DNA of 64,000 nucleotides from Bugula neritina. Lineage: Eukaryota; Animalia; Bryozoa. The notes below the pieces were generated by a model that saw nothing but the letters and a program-made list of their open reading frames with translations, had not been told where the DNA came from and searched no databases. A program made the translations under genes and the position numbers. The stretch spans positions 5,100,707 through 5,164,706 of the forward strand of contig OZ037767.1 in NCBI GenBank assembly GCA_964035545.1, written 5' to 3'. Below, piece by piece: positions 1 through 12,159 of this stretch (its first letter is position 1; every line of letters starts with the position of its first letter).

Positions 1-92
1 CTGAAACTGTCTCATCATTGTCATGTGACATCTGAAACTGTCCCAACACTGTCATGTGACATCTGAAACTGTCCCATCACTGTCATGTGACA
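1..92. repeat. 31-bp tandem repeat (about 3 copies, truncated by window edge) in SelN intron
   Basis: Unit catctgaaactgtcccatcactgtcatgtga repeats with few substitutions and ends just before the acceptor at 103. Confidence 0.9.
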
Positions 93-103
93 TGCATTTT
101 TAG

Positions 104-3100
104 GATTCACGCCGAGTTCCAGTTACAGAGGCCTCCTCGTCAGCCATTTTGGTTCACGCCTGCTCAGTTCAAAGGTCGTCTGATCATTTCCAAAGACTTG
201 TCTGAAATAAAGTACTTCAGGTTATACGTACCAAGTAACAGGCGACTAAATGTTGGTGAGTAATAGGGATGGTAGTTGCATTCGGTTTACCATATTGGTC
301 TTCTCAGTCAATGATAAGTAGCTTAGATATTTGCAGTGAATTGTAGTCAATATTATTACATATATCAAATCAAAATATTATTAACTTTTCACACTGACGA
401 TACTTTCCCAGTCATGTAATTTCTTACTAGCGATGTTGTAGACAGCAATTTATCAACATTTAAACAAATTCTTTAATTTATGACAAGTTGGTTCAAAATG
501 AAATGCTCGTTCATATGTAGGATCAAGATCCTGTTTTATATTTTACGTAATAGTTTTTGTGAAAGACTGTATTGCGAAAGATATAATGCAAACTGTCTCC
601 CTTACCTTTTTGCTTTCTAAATATGAATGCCTCGAGATCCGGTTATAGACGGAAAGTTTGACTGAAGTTTCCGACTACAAGTTATACGTGACTTTGATTG
701 GTAATTTTGGCAGCATGCAACAACGAGCTGGCTGTGTCAGTTGGCAGCTTTCTGAAGGTCGCCTGTTTACATTTTGACATCAATTTGAGTTAATTTCTCC
801 AGATTTAGATTTATATTTTTAAAGCTAACCATTCATTACTTATGTAACCGGACCGCCTTACTTAGACTAAGGGGCTGGTATTGATAACTGTAGACATGGA
901 GTGGTTGAAGAATGATCCTGACCACACAATGGACGTGGACATAGGCTACATGAAGCAGATGGAACTTAGGCTAACATCTGCATCGAGGCCGGCCACTTAC
1001 GAGGGCTATGACCTGCGCACCTCACTCAAGCCTGAGACTGAGCCTTATGATGCACGGCTACAGGACATTAAGTGGACCAATGAGGTTCAAGTAGATGTGT
1101 GCGAGAGGGCTATGGAGTTGGTTTTCTATCCTTTTAAATCGGTAACACAATCTAGTTTTCTCAACTTGCTTTTACAACTTGTAACATGCTAGCTATGATT
1201 ACAGGCATCAGTTTCTGTACAGTAATTGAGTCATCTATGTCACATTTCAATATGCTATTGAGTTTTGGATGAGTATCCATGTTGTGTGTTTGAAGAAAAC
1301 TACATCAAGATACTAATAAGGCATGCAGAAAAGGCCAATTGCATGGATATATAACAATAGCAAGTGCCAATTGCTATTTATAAACTATGTTTTCTATTAG
1401 GTGTCAAACATTTCTTCTTTTTACAATTTTGAGTTTAGAAACCTAATTCAATTGTTATGAATGTAGATAATAATGCCAATAATCTACCCCAAGTACTATT
1501 ATTCGATGTGATTTTGAGTCGTAAACAAAAATAATTTGTGATGAGCTACTGTTCAGTGAATCAGTTAGTTACTGACACACTATGCATATCCTGTGCACTT
1601 TTGCTGAGGTACATGTAAACCTCTAAAGGCAAGCAAACTAATAGGTAAGCCTGACCATGCTCTTTCACAAACTTTCAACAAACCTTCACAACCCTCTCCC
1701 CCCCCCCTCCCCGATTCTAAAATGTGTACAAGTCTCCACTTTTGTTTCCTTGGGGAGAGGGTTGTGCCACAAAACAAAATTATTGTTAGAATAATGTTGT
1801 AAAAATAGTCAACATTATCTGTATAAGTTGTAGATGCTGAGTAATATTGTATTCATTCACATTTCAGTAGTATACCTTGAGTAACTTTAGATAGCTGTAG
1901 TGATACTGTGGAAATGTTTACGTCACGTATCAACTTACAAGATTACAGAGAAATAAAGATCCTTTATCAATGCTGGCCAACACAAACTACCAAATACGTT
2001 TTTTATTTAGTTTGCTAATCAAAAGATAAATAGTTTTAATGGTCAAGCACTAAATATAAATAGTTTTCATGTCAAATTTTCTGCCCAAATCCTGGGTCAT
2101 GATGTAGCACTAAAACCCAAGTCATGTTACGTAACTGTTTCGAAAAACTGTACTCTGATACCTCTCATTTTTAAATATCTCAAAAAATAAAGCTGCAGCT
2201 AGACATAGTATATAAAAAATGTCCATAATAAGAAATGAATGTTCAAAATTAGGATATTATTTATAGATCAGTAGTTTGTTGATTATGAGTGTTGTGTTAA
2301 TATAGTGTGAGTGTTTAAACCAGTGATGCTCAACCTGCGGCCTTTTGACTTTTGGCGGCCTTTTGGGCTGGGAAATGTGGCCTTTTGGCCTCTTGTTGAA
2401 AATAAAAATTTTGTTCAGTTTCAATCCTTGTTGAATTTTGCTTTTTAATAAGGCAGTCAAGATTGCTATCAATCTGGAATTCCTAAGTTTACTATTATAT
2501 GAAAAATCTGGATAAACGTGATGACAAGGGGAATCCCCATTTTTTCCTCATTATGCTTGATTGATAATTAGCTGACTATTAGCATTAGTCAATTAGCAAC
2601 CAAACTGTCAGCATGAGCAAACGAGCGAGAACTGTAGAGCAGGAGAACAGGCAGTTCAATGATGCTTGGACAGAAGAATTCCTGATGGTACCTCTGCCTG
2701 CAGGTGGGATGCTTTGCCTTGAATGCAACACCACAGTAAAAACTATGAAACGATCGAATGCCAAGTCTCACTATGAGATGAAACATGGCCAAACTTATAA
2801 TCAAATGAATCCAGAGTTTAGGAAAGAAAGAGTTGCCTCTTTGATAACTAGTCGTCAGAGACAACAATCAATGATGAGAGGGCCGACAGATGACAACAAG
2901 AAAGCACTGCTAGTTGGTTCAAAGATAACGTACCTCATAAACAAAAAAGGCAAGTTTTGTAAACTAAGTTTTAATTTTTGGATTTACATGCATTTCATTA
3001 CAGTATATTTCTCAGCAAATTCAATTCTAATTCAAACAATGTGTAGTGTTGAGTTTACCCAGTGGTTCCTGTGGTGTAATGGTTAGCACACTGGTTTGCA

Positions 3101-6100
3101 AGCCAGAGGTCTCGGGTTTGATTCCCAGGAGAGGACAATTATTTTTCACCATGTATCTAAGTTTATACTTATAAGACTCATTCTCTATTTCCCAGGTAAA
3201 CCGTTCATGGATGGTCAAATTATCAAGGAATGCATTGAAATTGCAGCTGACACTATGTGTGATAATGAGCAAGCTAAGCAGGTTTTTCAGAAAATCTCCC
3301 TGTCTCGACCCACAATAACACGTCGAACTGAGCAGTTGAGTGCAAATATCCAGGCTCAGTTGGCAGACAGGATGAAGGAATTTTTAGCTTACTCCATAGC
3401 ACTTGATGAGTCAACTGATAAAGTGGACACAGCACAGTTGTCAATATTTATTAGAGGCGTAGACAAGAATCTCATTGTCACTGAGGATCTCTTAGCTTTA
3501 CGAAGCATGAAGAGCACCACTACGGGTAAAGATGTTTACAATGAAGTCATGGCCACCATAGAGACTAAAAATTTGGCTCTCGACAAACTCAGTGCTATTG
3601 TAACAGATGGGGCACCATCTATGAATGGTGTGAGGAATGGCTTCACCACCTTGCTACTTAACAAAATAAGAGAGGAGAAAATCAATCCTCTGCCTCTTGC
3701 ATTCCATTGCATTATCCATCAGGAGAATCTTGCAGCTAAGACTCTCAGGATGGACAACGTTCTTCAGGTTGTGAAAGAAACTGTAAACTACATCAGATCA
3801 AGAGGTCTGAAACATCGACAATTTCGACAATTTCTTGACGAATTACAAGCAGAGTATGAAGATATTCCGTACTTTGCAGAGGTGCGATGGTTATCAAAGG
3901 GAAAAATGATAGAAAGAGCATACAAGCTTCAAACAGAGATTCTTAACTTTTGTGAAAGTCATGGTAGAGAGCTACCTGAGTTCAGAGATTCAGAATTTTT
4001 GAATGACTTTGCATTCCTTGTTGACATACTCACTCATCTCAATGAACTAAATACAAAACTGCAAGGCAAGGACAAGCTAATATCTGACCTGTATCACTAT
4101 GTGGGTGGATTTGACGGAATGTTGGAGCTTTGGATAGAGGAATTTGATAAATATTACGTTGACCGAGAGAGCTTTCCAACACTGGCAGGACGTCCTGGAC
4201 TTGAAGAGAATTTTATAGTTATTAATCGTTATAAAACTATTTTATCAGAACTGAAAGGTGAGTTTGAGAATAGATTCATGGACTTCAAAAATATCAAGGA
4301 CGATATCTCTGCTTTTTCAGCAATACTCCAAGTCAACGTACCTCGTCACTTGCAAATTGAGGTCATTCAACTGAAAAATGATCTGGTTTATGCTCCTCTC
4401 TTCGCACCTGACCAAGACCTGCTCAAAGCATACCAAAGCCTACCTCCAACCTGCTACCCAAGAATCAGGAGTTTTGCTGCCAGATTTCTCAGTATGTTTG
4501 CTAGCACATATCGATGTGAGCAGCTATTCTCTCGAATGGGGTATGCCAAAAGCAAATTTAGATCGAGGCTAACGGACTCCCATCTGGCTGATCTCCTTCA
4601 CATATCGGCATCGGACATTGAGCCAGATTATCAAAACATATTAAGCTCGGTTCAGTGCCAGCCTTCTCATTAATGTACAAAAATATGCTTACTGTCCTGA
4701 ACAAATCAGGTTATTTTCCTGGATTTATTTTTCATAACAAATAAATGCATCTCAAATGCGAAAATAGTCTCTCATTAATAATATGTGGGGGGGGGGGTTT
4801 GAAAGTGGAATTGACACTAAACTTTCTAGTGGCCTTTTTGGTGGCTGAAATTTTTTTTACGGCCTTTTTCTAAAAAAGGTTGAGCACCCATGGTTTAAAC
4901 TGACTAAACATCTGAGAACCTATGCACACGTCATTACATGCTATCCTAAATAGTTAAAAAAGATAGCTATTCCATTAGGCAAGTCAATAGATTTTACACC
5001 TTGGATACTCCTAGACTTTTTTAGAACATTATTTATAGGGGAGGAAAATGTGGCAACATTTAGTAATCTAAAAATATAGTCCCGCCAGGCTGTGTTGTTC
5101 ATATCTACAGTAAGTATTCTAGACACATCATTTGGCAGCATGATGTCATGTTGACAACTACGTTTATGCTTGGTGTCCAAGTTTTAATTTTGGTATGTTG
5201 TTGTGATGAAATATAAATCAATACCTAATTAACTATTGTACATCTAATGGCTTGTGTGGTACATTTACTTTCTCTCATCTACTGAGAGCTATCAATACTC
5301 ATTAGTGGAAGGCCCAGCTTGCTTTATGTTTGATTATTTCCTCTGATTTATTTTATTTTTCTTCATTAATAAGTTTAATGAGAGAGTAGAAAATATGGTG
5401 TGTCACCCAATAGGAGGTAATGATGAGGTTTATTTATTTGCCAATAGCAAAGCTAGTGGAGGCCCAAAATGGTTAGCAACTAATCAGTTAATTCACTGAT
5501 CTCTCGTCAAGAAAGCTACACCTTACCCCCCTCCCCCCTCCCTCCCTCCCCCCTCTGAATGCACTGGAACCAGACAGAATTTTTGAGATTTATTAGAAAT
5601 GTCAAAATATTCAAATTATTTTAATTTGGTTCATATCCTATAATTTAGTATATAGTATGTAGTAATCAGTACTAGTATATATGACGGTGTGAGAATATTG
5701 TTCACATGTTTCTAGGTTCCATATCTAAATTACACGGAGGCTCACCAGATAGCCTCAGAGCAGAAGAAACTCGTGCATTTGATAGCGCTGTGGGGGGCGC
5801 TAGACGACCAGTCCTGCTGAGGTTCGGCCCGCACACTCCGGGAGACCATCCTGGAGAGTGCGGGCGTCATCTCTCTTCTAAAGGAGAGATTTGTGTCTAC
5901 TTGGGCTCTGGTAGCTGACCTTCAGGTACTCAAGGTCACCTCGTATCCAACTTTCTTACATCCTGATGCAGTGTTGTCTTTCAGTTTCTCCTACAGGAAA
6001 TGCTATCGTAAAGTTTCTATTTTTGTTATATGTAAACTTTGCAATGTGCTTCTTGTCCCAGTGCCATTGCATTTCTTCTGCTTACGTCAATGCTGTGACA

Positions 6101-8816
6101 AGAAATGGTTGTGGTTTGCAGTTGGTAGTTTTTGTACAATCTATCTTCAAAAATCTTTTTCAATATTTATTTCAACTAATAAAAAAATCAACCGAGTGTA
6201 CTTCAGGTATACAACTAATTGTATATTTTACTATTTCATTTGAACTTTTTAAGTTAGCATTTGGGAGTGTACATTTTCGCTTAAAACTATATACCAATAA
6301 TAGTGATAAATTACCAATGTTCATTCTTTTTTACTAAGTTATTATGCCTATTTAGGTTATTTCTACATTTTGAGATAAAACCCACACTCTGTTTTTATAC
6401 TCATTCAGCATTTCTTACCTTCATTTTTTCAATTAGGTATTAAATTCAAACATGAATTCAGATATTACGATTTTGTTTTATATTTTTTTATAAAAAATTG
6501 AATGTGGAATCAAGTTAGTGCAGGATATTCTAATTGTTGCTAAACTTGTATATTCAACGGGAATAGCTATGATTTCACATCCTTGTTTCAACTAATAGAG
6601 AGAGACTGTTTGTTATACTAAAAGTTTTTATGTTCTTAGATTTCTGCCAATTTCCAAAAAACCAGTCGCACAAACATCAATATTATGCGATGTTTTTTAG
6701 CAAAACACAAGTTTTGCCATCCTAAATTTATCTAAGCCATATAATGCCTGGAGGTAAATTCAAATTCTCTAGAGCTGGTGTGTAGACCTTGTAACGTCTC
6801 ATTTAGACTGTTTGCCTGCCATCAATCTATATTCTGTTATTCTGTTTAGCATTATGTAACCCTCGGGGATAGTCACCCAGAGCTTTCAAGTCACGCAACA
6901 AAGGCAATGGATGCATACAGTTTCCCTGTTCAGATTGTCATCTCCCATCCTAATGGTACAGTCATACACCATATCAACCTAAATGACTTCATGGCAGCAG
7001 GTCATGACCTTGACAGCCCTGATGTTTCTGATGATGAGGAAATGTAAGTGTTGAAAACAATGAAATGTATTTCTTAGTTTGTAGAGTTAGGTTGGACTAT
7101 ACTGACACTTCACTTCACTGTGTGCCTGGTGATGTCATACTTAAATTTTGCTCTAAAAAAGAAAGAAAGTCTCAATTTCTTTCTGGAATTAGTTTGTTTT
7201 AAAATATACTAGCGTTTATTCATACCACTTGAAATTTTATCCTAACTCACTTAGGGTGTTTTCGGATTCCCTGCGAGCAGCCTTTTGGACTCATCGATGA
7301 ATTTGCTCACTTTCTCCCTGTCGAGTGCTCTAAAAAAATTTTATCTAATATAAAAAAAATTTTATTTTGTGTAATTTCTTCTCTGCCCTTTTAGTTTCAG
7401 TATCACAGTAATTAGTGTACTTGTATTTCTAATGTACCTACCACAATAAATTGTGCATTTCATGTTAATACTGTTTTAATGATTTGGTTTTTTGTATTTA
7501 GTACCCATCCATATCGTTCAAATTTTTCATTTCTTAACTCAGTGCATTGAATTTATCAAAAAACTGAATTTGAATCACTAAATTAAAAAATAGTAAAGTT
7601 TTTAAAAAAGTAGAAAACTTTTTTGATTTCAAAAGCAATTAAATTATTTTATTAACACTCAACTAGTTTATTCAAAGAATGCATTACTTCAACTATTTTG
7701 TGATTTTTTGTTTTCAGTTTTTATTCTGGTTACTAAAATTAGTTTTGCTACTTTTTGGAATTCTTTGTTTTAGATGAATGTTTATTACTCGCATTTTGAA
7801 TATAAACAGTGCGCATGTACGAGTACACAATATATATGTATACCTGGATAGTTTATCCCTTATGAATAAATATTGGTTCAGGATAATTAGAAGTTAGCTT
7901 TATTATTTCTATTCATGTTTTTCTATTTTAAACTTCTTATTTGTTTCCTACTATTTCCTTTTCGGAGCTAAAAACACTGCCAAAGTACAAGGCTGTATTG
8001 GGGCCCTTTCAATGCTTGCAGCAGTTCAAGATAACATATGCTCTCTAGGGACCTTCAGTGCTCCACCAACTCATCACCTGCACTTTATTTCTACTATATA
8101 AAGCTTGCACAATCTTTGAAATCAATACAAATAATGTGGACACAGTACTGTCCTTTACTCCTTAGAGTTGACTGGAGCATTCAGTCCATAACTGGACCAA
8201 ATTTATCCACACATGTCTGTGTTAAGTTTAATGCTGCCTTTTTGCATCTTTCTAATTTAATGAAACATATTGAAAAAGTTTATTTTTCACTATCAAGTTT
8301 TGCAATTATGTAATGTTTTTATTTTATGTTAATAATGCAGTTTGAGTAAAAGATTCGTAGGTTGTGAATATAAACGGAAAATGACGACCAGAAATTGCTG
8401 GCTAGTTTTTAGATTTCCACGTATCTGTTTCATGTAGCAAATATTTACTATACACAAATATACAAATACGTTTTAAATTTTAGCTTTTACATCCACAATA
8501 TGTCATTTTCAAATAAGTGAAAATGGGGAAATTTCATTTTTTTTTCCTTTTGTAGAGATTTTAGAGCAATTTTTATTTGAATATATTCTTGAAATAGGCC
8601 GTTAAAGATGTAATTGCTTGTTTTTAACTTTATAGCATTTTAGTATGATTATTTGGTAATAATGTATATTTTCTAAAAAAACATTTGCTTGTTAGCTCAA
8701 CATGTTAGAATTAGCAGAACTTTACTTGTGTTTGCAGAATCCGAGATGCAACTGATGACAATCAAAGATACTTGGAGTTCCTAAAGAAAGGATTAGAGAT
8801 GGCAAATATTTCTTAA
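104..8816 (+). CDS. SELENON: Selenoprotein N, 3' portion (5 exons; Sec encoded by UGA at 5818-5820)
   Basis: Exons 104-255, 894-1141, 5716-5925, 6850-7043, 8738-8816 have GT-AG junctions and consistent phases. They translate to [58 protein letters not shown](U)[43 protein letters not shown], which matches recalled SelN motifs including SCUG. Confidence 0.95.
2613..4673 (+). CDS. hAT transposase (GTF2IRD2/ZBED5/SPIN-like), 604 aa, two exons
   Basis: Exons 2613-2949 and 3196-4673 joined by a GC-AG intron (AG|GCAAGT ... CCCAG|GT) give NKKGKPFMDG. N-terminal BED-like CxxC..H..H; catalytic motifs [17 protein letters not shown] and [10 protein letters not shown]; FHCIIHQE and EVRWLS; no internal stops. 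Confidence 0.9.
3042..3146 (+). repeat. tRNA-derived repeat (SINE-like/pseudo-tRNA), family A copy 1, inside transposase intron
   Basis: A-box TGGTGTAATGG (3072-3082), B-box-like GGTTTGATTCC (3115-3125), T-run 3142-3146; acceptor and T stems degenerate. Related copies at 9452-9528 and 62231-62312. Confidence 0.75.
5827..5865 (+). promoter_or_regulatory. Selenocysteine redefinition element (SRE) hairpin
   Basis: Starts 6 nt after the UGA: GCCCGCAC-A-CTCCGGGA-[GACCA]-TCCTGGAG-A-GTGCGGGC. This gives 16 pairs (one G-U), one A.A mismatch and a 5-nt loop, the geometry known for the SEPN1 SRE. Confidence 0.9.
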
Positions 8817-9243
8817 AAGTTATATTGTTGACTATTTAGTTTGTCATACTTTTCTATCTTTAAACGTCTGAATTCTATAGCAACTTACTAATAAGAATTT
8901 TTTCCTTTTTATGTTTACTTCCAGCGCTGTTTTATATTTTCAACCAGATCTGCTTTTATTGCTGACATATCATATTGTATCGTTCAGTTCAAATCATTTT
9001 CTATTTTTACTGGGTTTGTAATGAATGCTCAAACTTATTTTTACATATTTTGTAACTTCTCTTTACTGCCAACATGCCAACGACGAATGTGAATTTTTTT
9101 CTTATTCTACATTGGGAGATTATTTGATACTATTATTTGACAATCCAGTGCATAATAATTTTCAATATTACTTAATTACTCTCATTAATTTATTTACTGC
9201 CAAGCTTGTTTATTAATTTGCTGTACTTTTTCCATTTATTTGG

Positions 9244-9315
9244 TATATGGTAACCTATGACGATGATTTTGCAAACTTTCAAAGACAAAATCGTTTGATG
9301 TTTTTCTACCATATA
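9244..9315 (+). promoter_or_regulatory. SECIS element (type II-like) in SelN 3'UTR
   Basis: Helix I TATATGGTA(9244-9252)/TACCATATA(9307-9315); core ATGAC(9257)/TGAT(9296); 10-bp helix II GATGATTTTG/CAAAATCGTT; apical AAA plus mini-stem CTT/AAG. AATAAA follows at 9358-9363. Confidence 0.92.
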
Positions 9316-9451
9316 TAAATTAAATAGCGGAGGCAGGGCAAATTCCTTGTATACAAAAATAAACTGTTTTCTAAAGCTAATTGTAACTTTTTTGTGCTAG
9401 CTAATTTAGAAACCAAGTAACATCTTCTAATGTGCATGTTTGTGTAAAAAT

Positions 9452-9528
9452 TTCCCCTGTACAGACCTCCAAAGCTGGTGTGCTAACCAATACACTACAG
9501 GGGTTACTGGGTAATCTTGACACTACAG
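9452..9528 (-). repeat. tRNA-derived repeat family A copy 2 (internally deleted)
   Basis: Reverse complement ctgtagtgtcaagattacccagtaacccctgtagtgtattggttagcacaccagc..gaggtct aligns with 3042-3112. Confidence 0.65.
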
Positions 9529-12042
9529 TTTGTAATTCTAGAGTGAAGGTAGCAAAACCATTTGCTAGACTTTGACCTTATGTTACCAGAAGTTTTAATT
9601 GCTGTCTAGACAGGTGGTTTGAAGAATAATCATTAATGGCATTTATAATATTATAGTAGCTAAAATTGTTTTGCTGATAGTCATTAAGACAGAGAGATAA
9701 TCATCACAAAATGAAAATGTATTGATGACATGATTGTGTTAGATGCACAACTGATCAAGAAGTTTATAATAACACTGATCATACATACCATTAGTTTTCT
9801 GCTGAAATAGACTGTTATGTAACAACTAGCATTAAAATATTGTTATTTTGTTTTCAAATAGACTTCTGTCTTCGCTCATTGTTATTTAAGACAAAGACTT
9901 ACTTGAGTTAATGAAGTTTTCACTCGAAGCCTCTTATAACTAATTACAGAAAGTTTTAATGCTGAACTTTCAAATTAACTTTTATATAACTTTCTGTAAG
10001 TAGTAAAGTTAAAAGCATTTTTAAATGAAATTCAAATTTGGCTTGTCTGAGATAAAAAGTTTGAGTTAAAAGTTTGTCTGAGAGTAGCAAAGCACTGATA
10101 TTTCAGTATAACAGCCAGACTAATATGTTGGTTGTGTTTTTTTTTATAAATATCCCTGCTTTTTATTATATTATTTGTTGATCTGAAGTGGATGATAGAT
10201 ACCTTATCCAGGAACACAATGATAGATTGGAAAATCAGCTTCACTGATAATTTAATTCTGTAAATACCAGAAAATACATTCATATTTGGGTTTCTTGCAT
10301 TAAATTTGTTTCTTCACTTTAAGCTATAAATGAAAGTGTGAAAAAGACAATAGGCCCTATATCTTATATAACTCAACAAAAATAATAGTGCTGCGGCATT
10401 ATAGCAAATTTATCTGCAACTGCTTTAATGTTGTACCAACACTTTAGTAACATTTATTAAAACTACGAGAATGTCCTGCTTCTACTCAACCATGTGGTAG
10501 AAAAGCAGACCTATTAGGAGCGTTTTAGTCCATAGAGAATAACTTATACTGACAATGAGAAGTAGATCTTGTCTGATTAGTTTCCTTATGTAAATTAAAG
10601 CTGCAATTTCTCTACACAATTCATGATATTTATCAAAATGCATTAAAGCAGGGGAGAATAGTGTTCATTGAGCTGGTAATATTATATAATAATTTAAACT
10701 ATTTATATTTGGACTACTTTGCAAGGCCTTCATTTCCTCCCTAATGGCAACAACTTTGAATCAAGCTGTGCCTTCGAGCACAAAATATTCGCGTTGACCC
10801 AACAGACTCTGCATGGTATAAATTAAACAACAAGTTAGTGTACTTTTCAAGGAAAAGTCTTCGCATGGTGTGTGTTTCATGAAATGACAATCTTAGTCGC
10901 ACTGTCTGGAACTCTTATTGTATTCGCCATTTATTAACCAATCAGCAGCCAACACATGATTGCCTCATTGATGTACATTAATTAAAACGCTGCCAAATTT
11001 CCGAATTCAATTAAAACTACGTGAAAATATTCACCTACTATATGCACAAACAAGCCACATTAATTCCATCGGCAATTGTTAAGTTCAATGATCGATGAGC
11101 GGTGAACTTAATTTCGCTATTCATGAGGAAGAATAAGTCCCAAGATAGTCTCAGGACCTGCCCATACAATTAGAACTTTTAAATACTGGCATCATCACCA
11201 ATAAAGTGGACTTCTACGCTTTGCATGTAGTTTGTTAATCAATCTAATTATGATAGCAGTAAATATGATTTTATATCCAATACTTAGAGTAGTAGGTGTA
11301 ACGCCCTAAACTAACAAGTTCTGTGCTCAGTCATTTAGGGTGGAGATGGCAGATGTGTAATAATCTATAAATAGTTTTCCTCTCAACATGCAGCTGGTCT
11401 GTTATAAATGTGAATTAGTTAAAATCCCAGAAGTTAATTTAAATTTGAAAGTGATGTAGTAACTCCTTAATATCAATACTAAGTAGTTGGCTACTACTGA
11501 ATATTAATACTAAGTGCTACTGTTGATAAGATGTGTCTCTCTGCCTTGTTATATTGTGCATTTACAGTATTGTGTGCTCTAGAATTCAATTGCTTGGCAC
11601 CACAATAAAATTACACACACACACACACGCACACGCACATAACATTTGCATTTTTATATAATGTTGGTAACTGGTTGTATAAAAAGTAGATCTTTTTTAG
11701 CAAAATCCAATTTTCAATAACCTAACTTGAAGTTTTTTATGGTAATAGTGCCTTTCACTCGTTTACCAAAAAATATAAGACTATACGGCAAAAGCAGATA
11801 GGTTTCCTAAAACTGCATGATTTTTCTAAAATGCTTATGAATCACATAATTTATACTGCAGTGATACAATAGGCATGCACGTGCTTTTACCAATCAAGTC
11901 CCAGCCTCCTACCGCAGGCAATTTATCCAGTGAACAAGCAGTACTCTTACACCAATCATGCTTTGTATTGATTTAAATTTGTTGCCAAGCATTTTGTTGG
12001 TTTAAGAATGACTTTAATGCAACTTAGTTGGACTACAAATGG

Positions 12043-12159
12043 TATAAAAGTCAGCAAAACTATGATCTCAGACATTCGCTGTCAGAAAATACTCTGGAAG
12101 AGCAACGAGCTATTAACTCTAGTATCGAAAACGAGTCGTTATACCAGATTTTGTGAAAG
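12043..12159 (+). promoter_or_regulatory. TATA/Inr promoter and non-coding first exon of the EH-like gene
   Basis: TATAAAAG 12043-12050; Inr-like TCAGAC at 12068 (27 nt spacing to the A); CCAAT boxes near 11890 and 11952; donor AAG|GTAATA at 12159/12160; acceptor TTTCTAG at 12871. Confidence 0.6.

Larger units (their letters stand above)
2321..4892 (+). mobile_element. hAT (Buster/SPIN-type) DNA transposon, full length, in SelN intron
   Basis: Perfect 8-bp TSD GTTTAAAC at 2313-2320 and 4893-4900, with central TA typical of Buster. Imperfect TIRs CAGTGATGCTCAACCT / CATGGGTGCTCAACCT (reverse complement). Repeated GGCCTTTT subterminal motifs at both ends. Confidence 0.95.

Noticed and set aside
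3064-3136. Functional tRNA gene (Gln-like 5' end, GCA/TGC in the loop)
   Set aside because: Acceptor and T stems pair poorly, the B-box lacks TTCG/TTCA, and diverged dispersed copies exist; treated as a repeat.
3096-3195. N-terminus of the 525-aa ORF (MQARGLGF...)
   Set aside because: This is intronic, tRNA-repeat-derived sequence; the real N-terminus comes from exon 2613-2949.
5818-5820. Premature stop / SelN pseudogene
   Set aside because: The TGA sits at the conserved Sec position, with SRE, SECIS and intact downstream exons.
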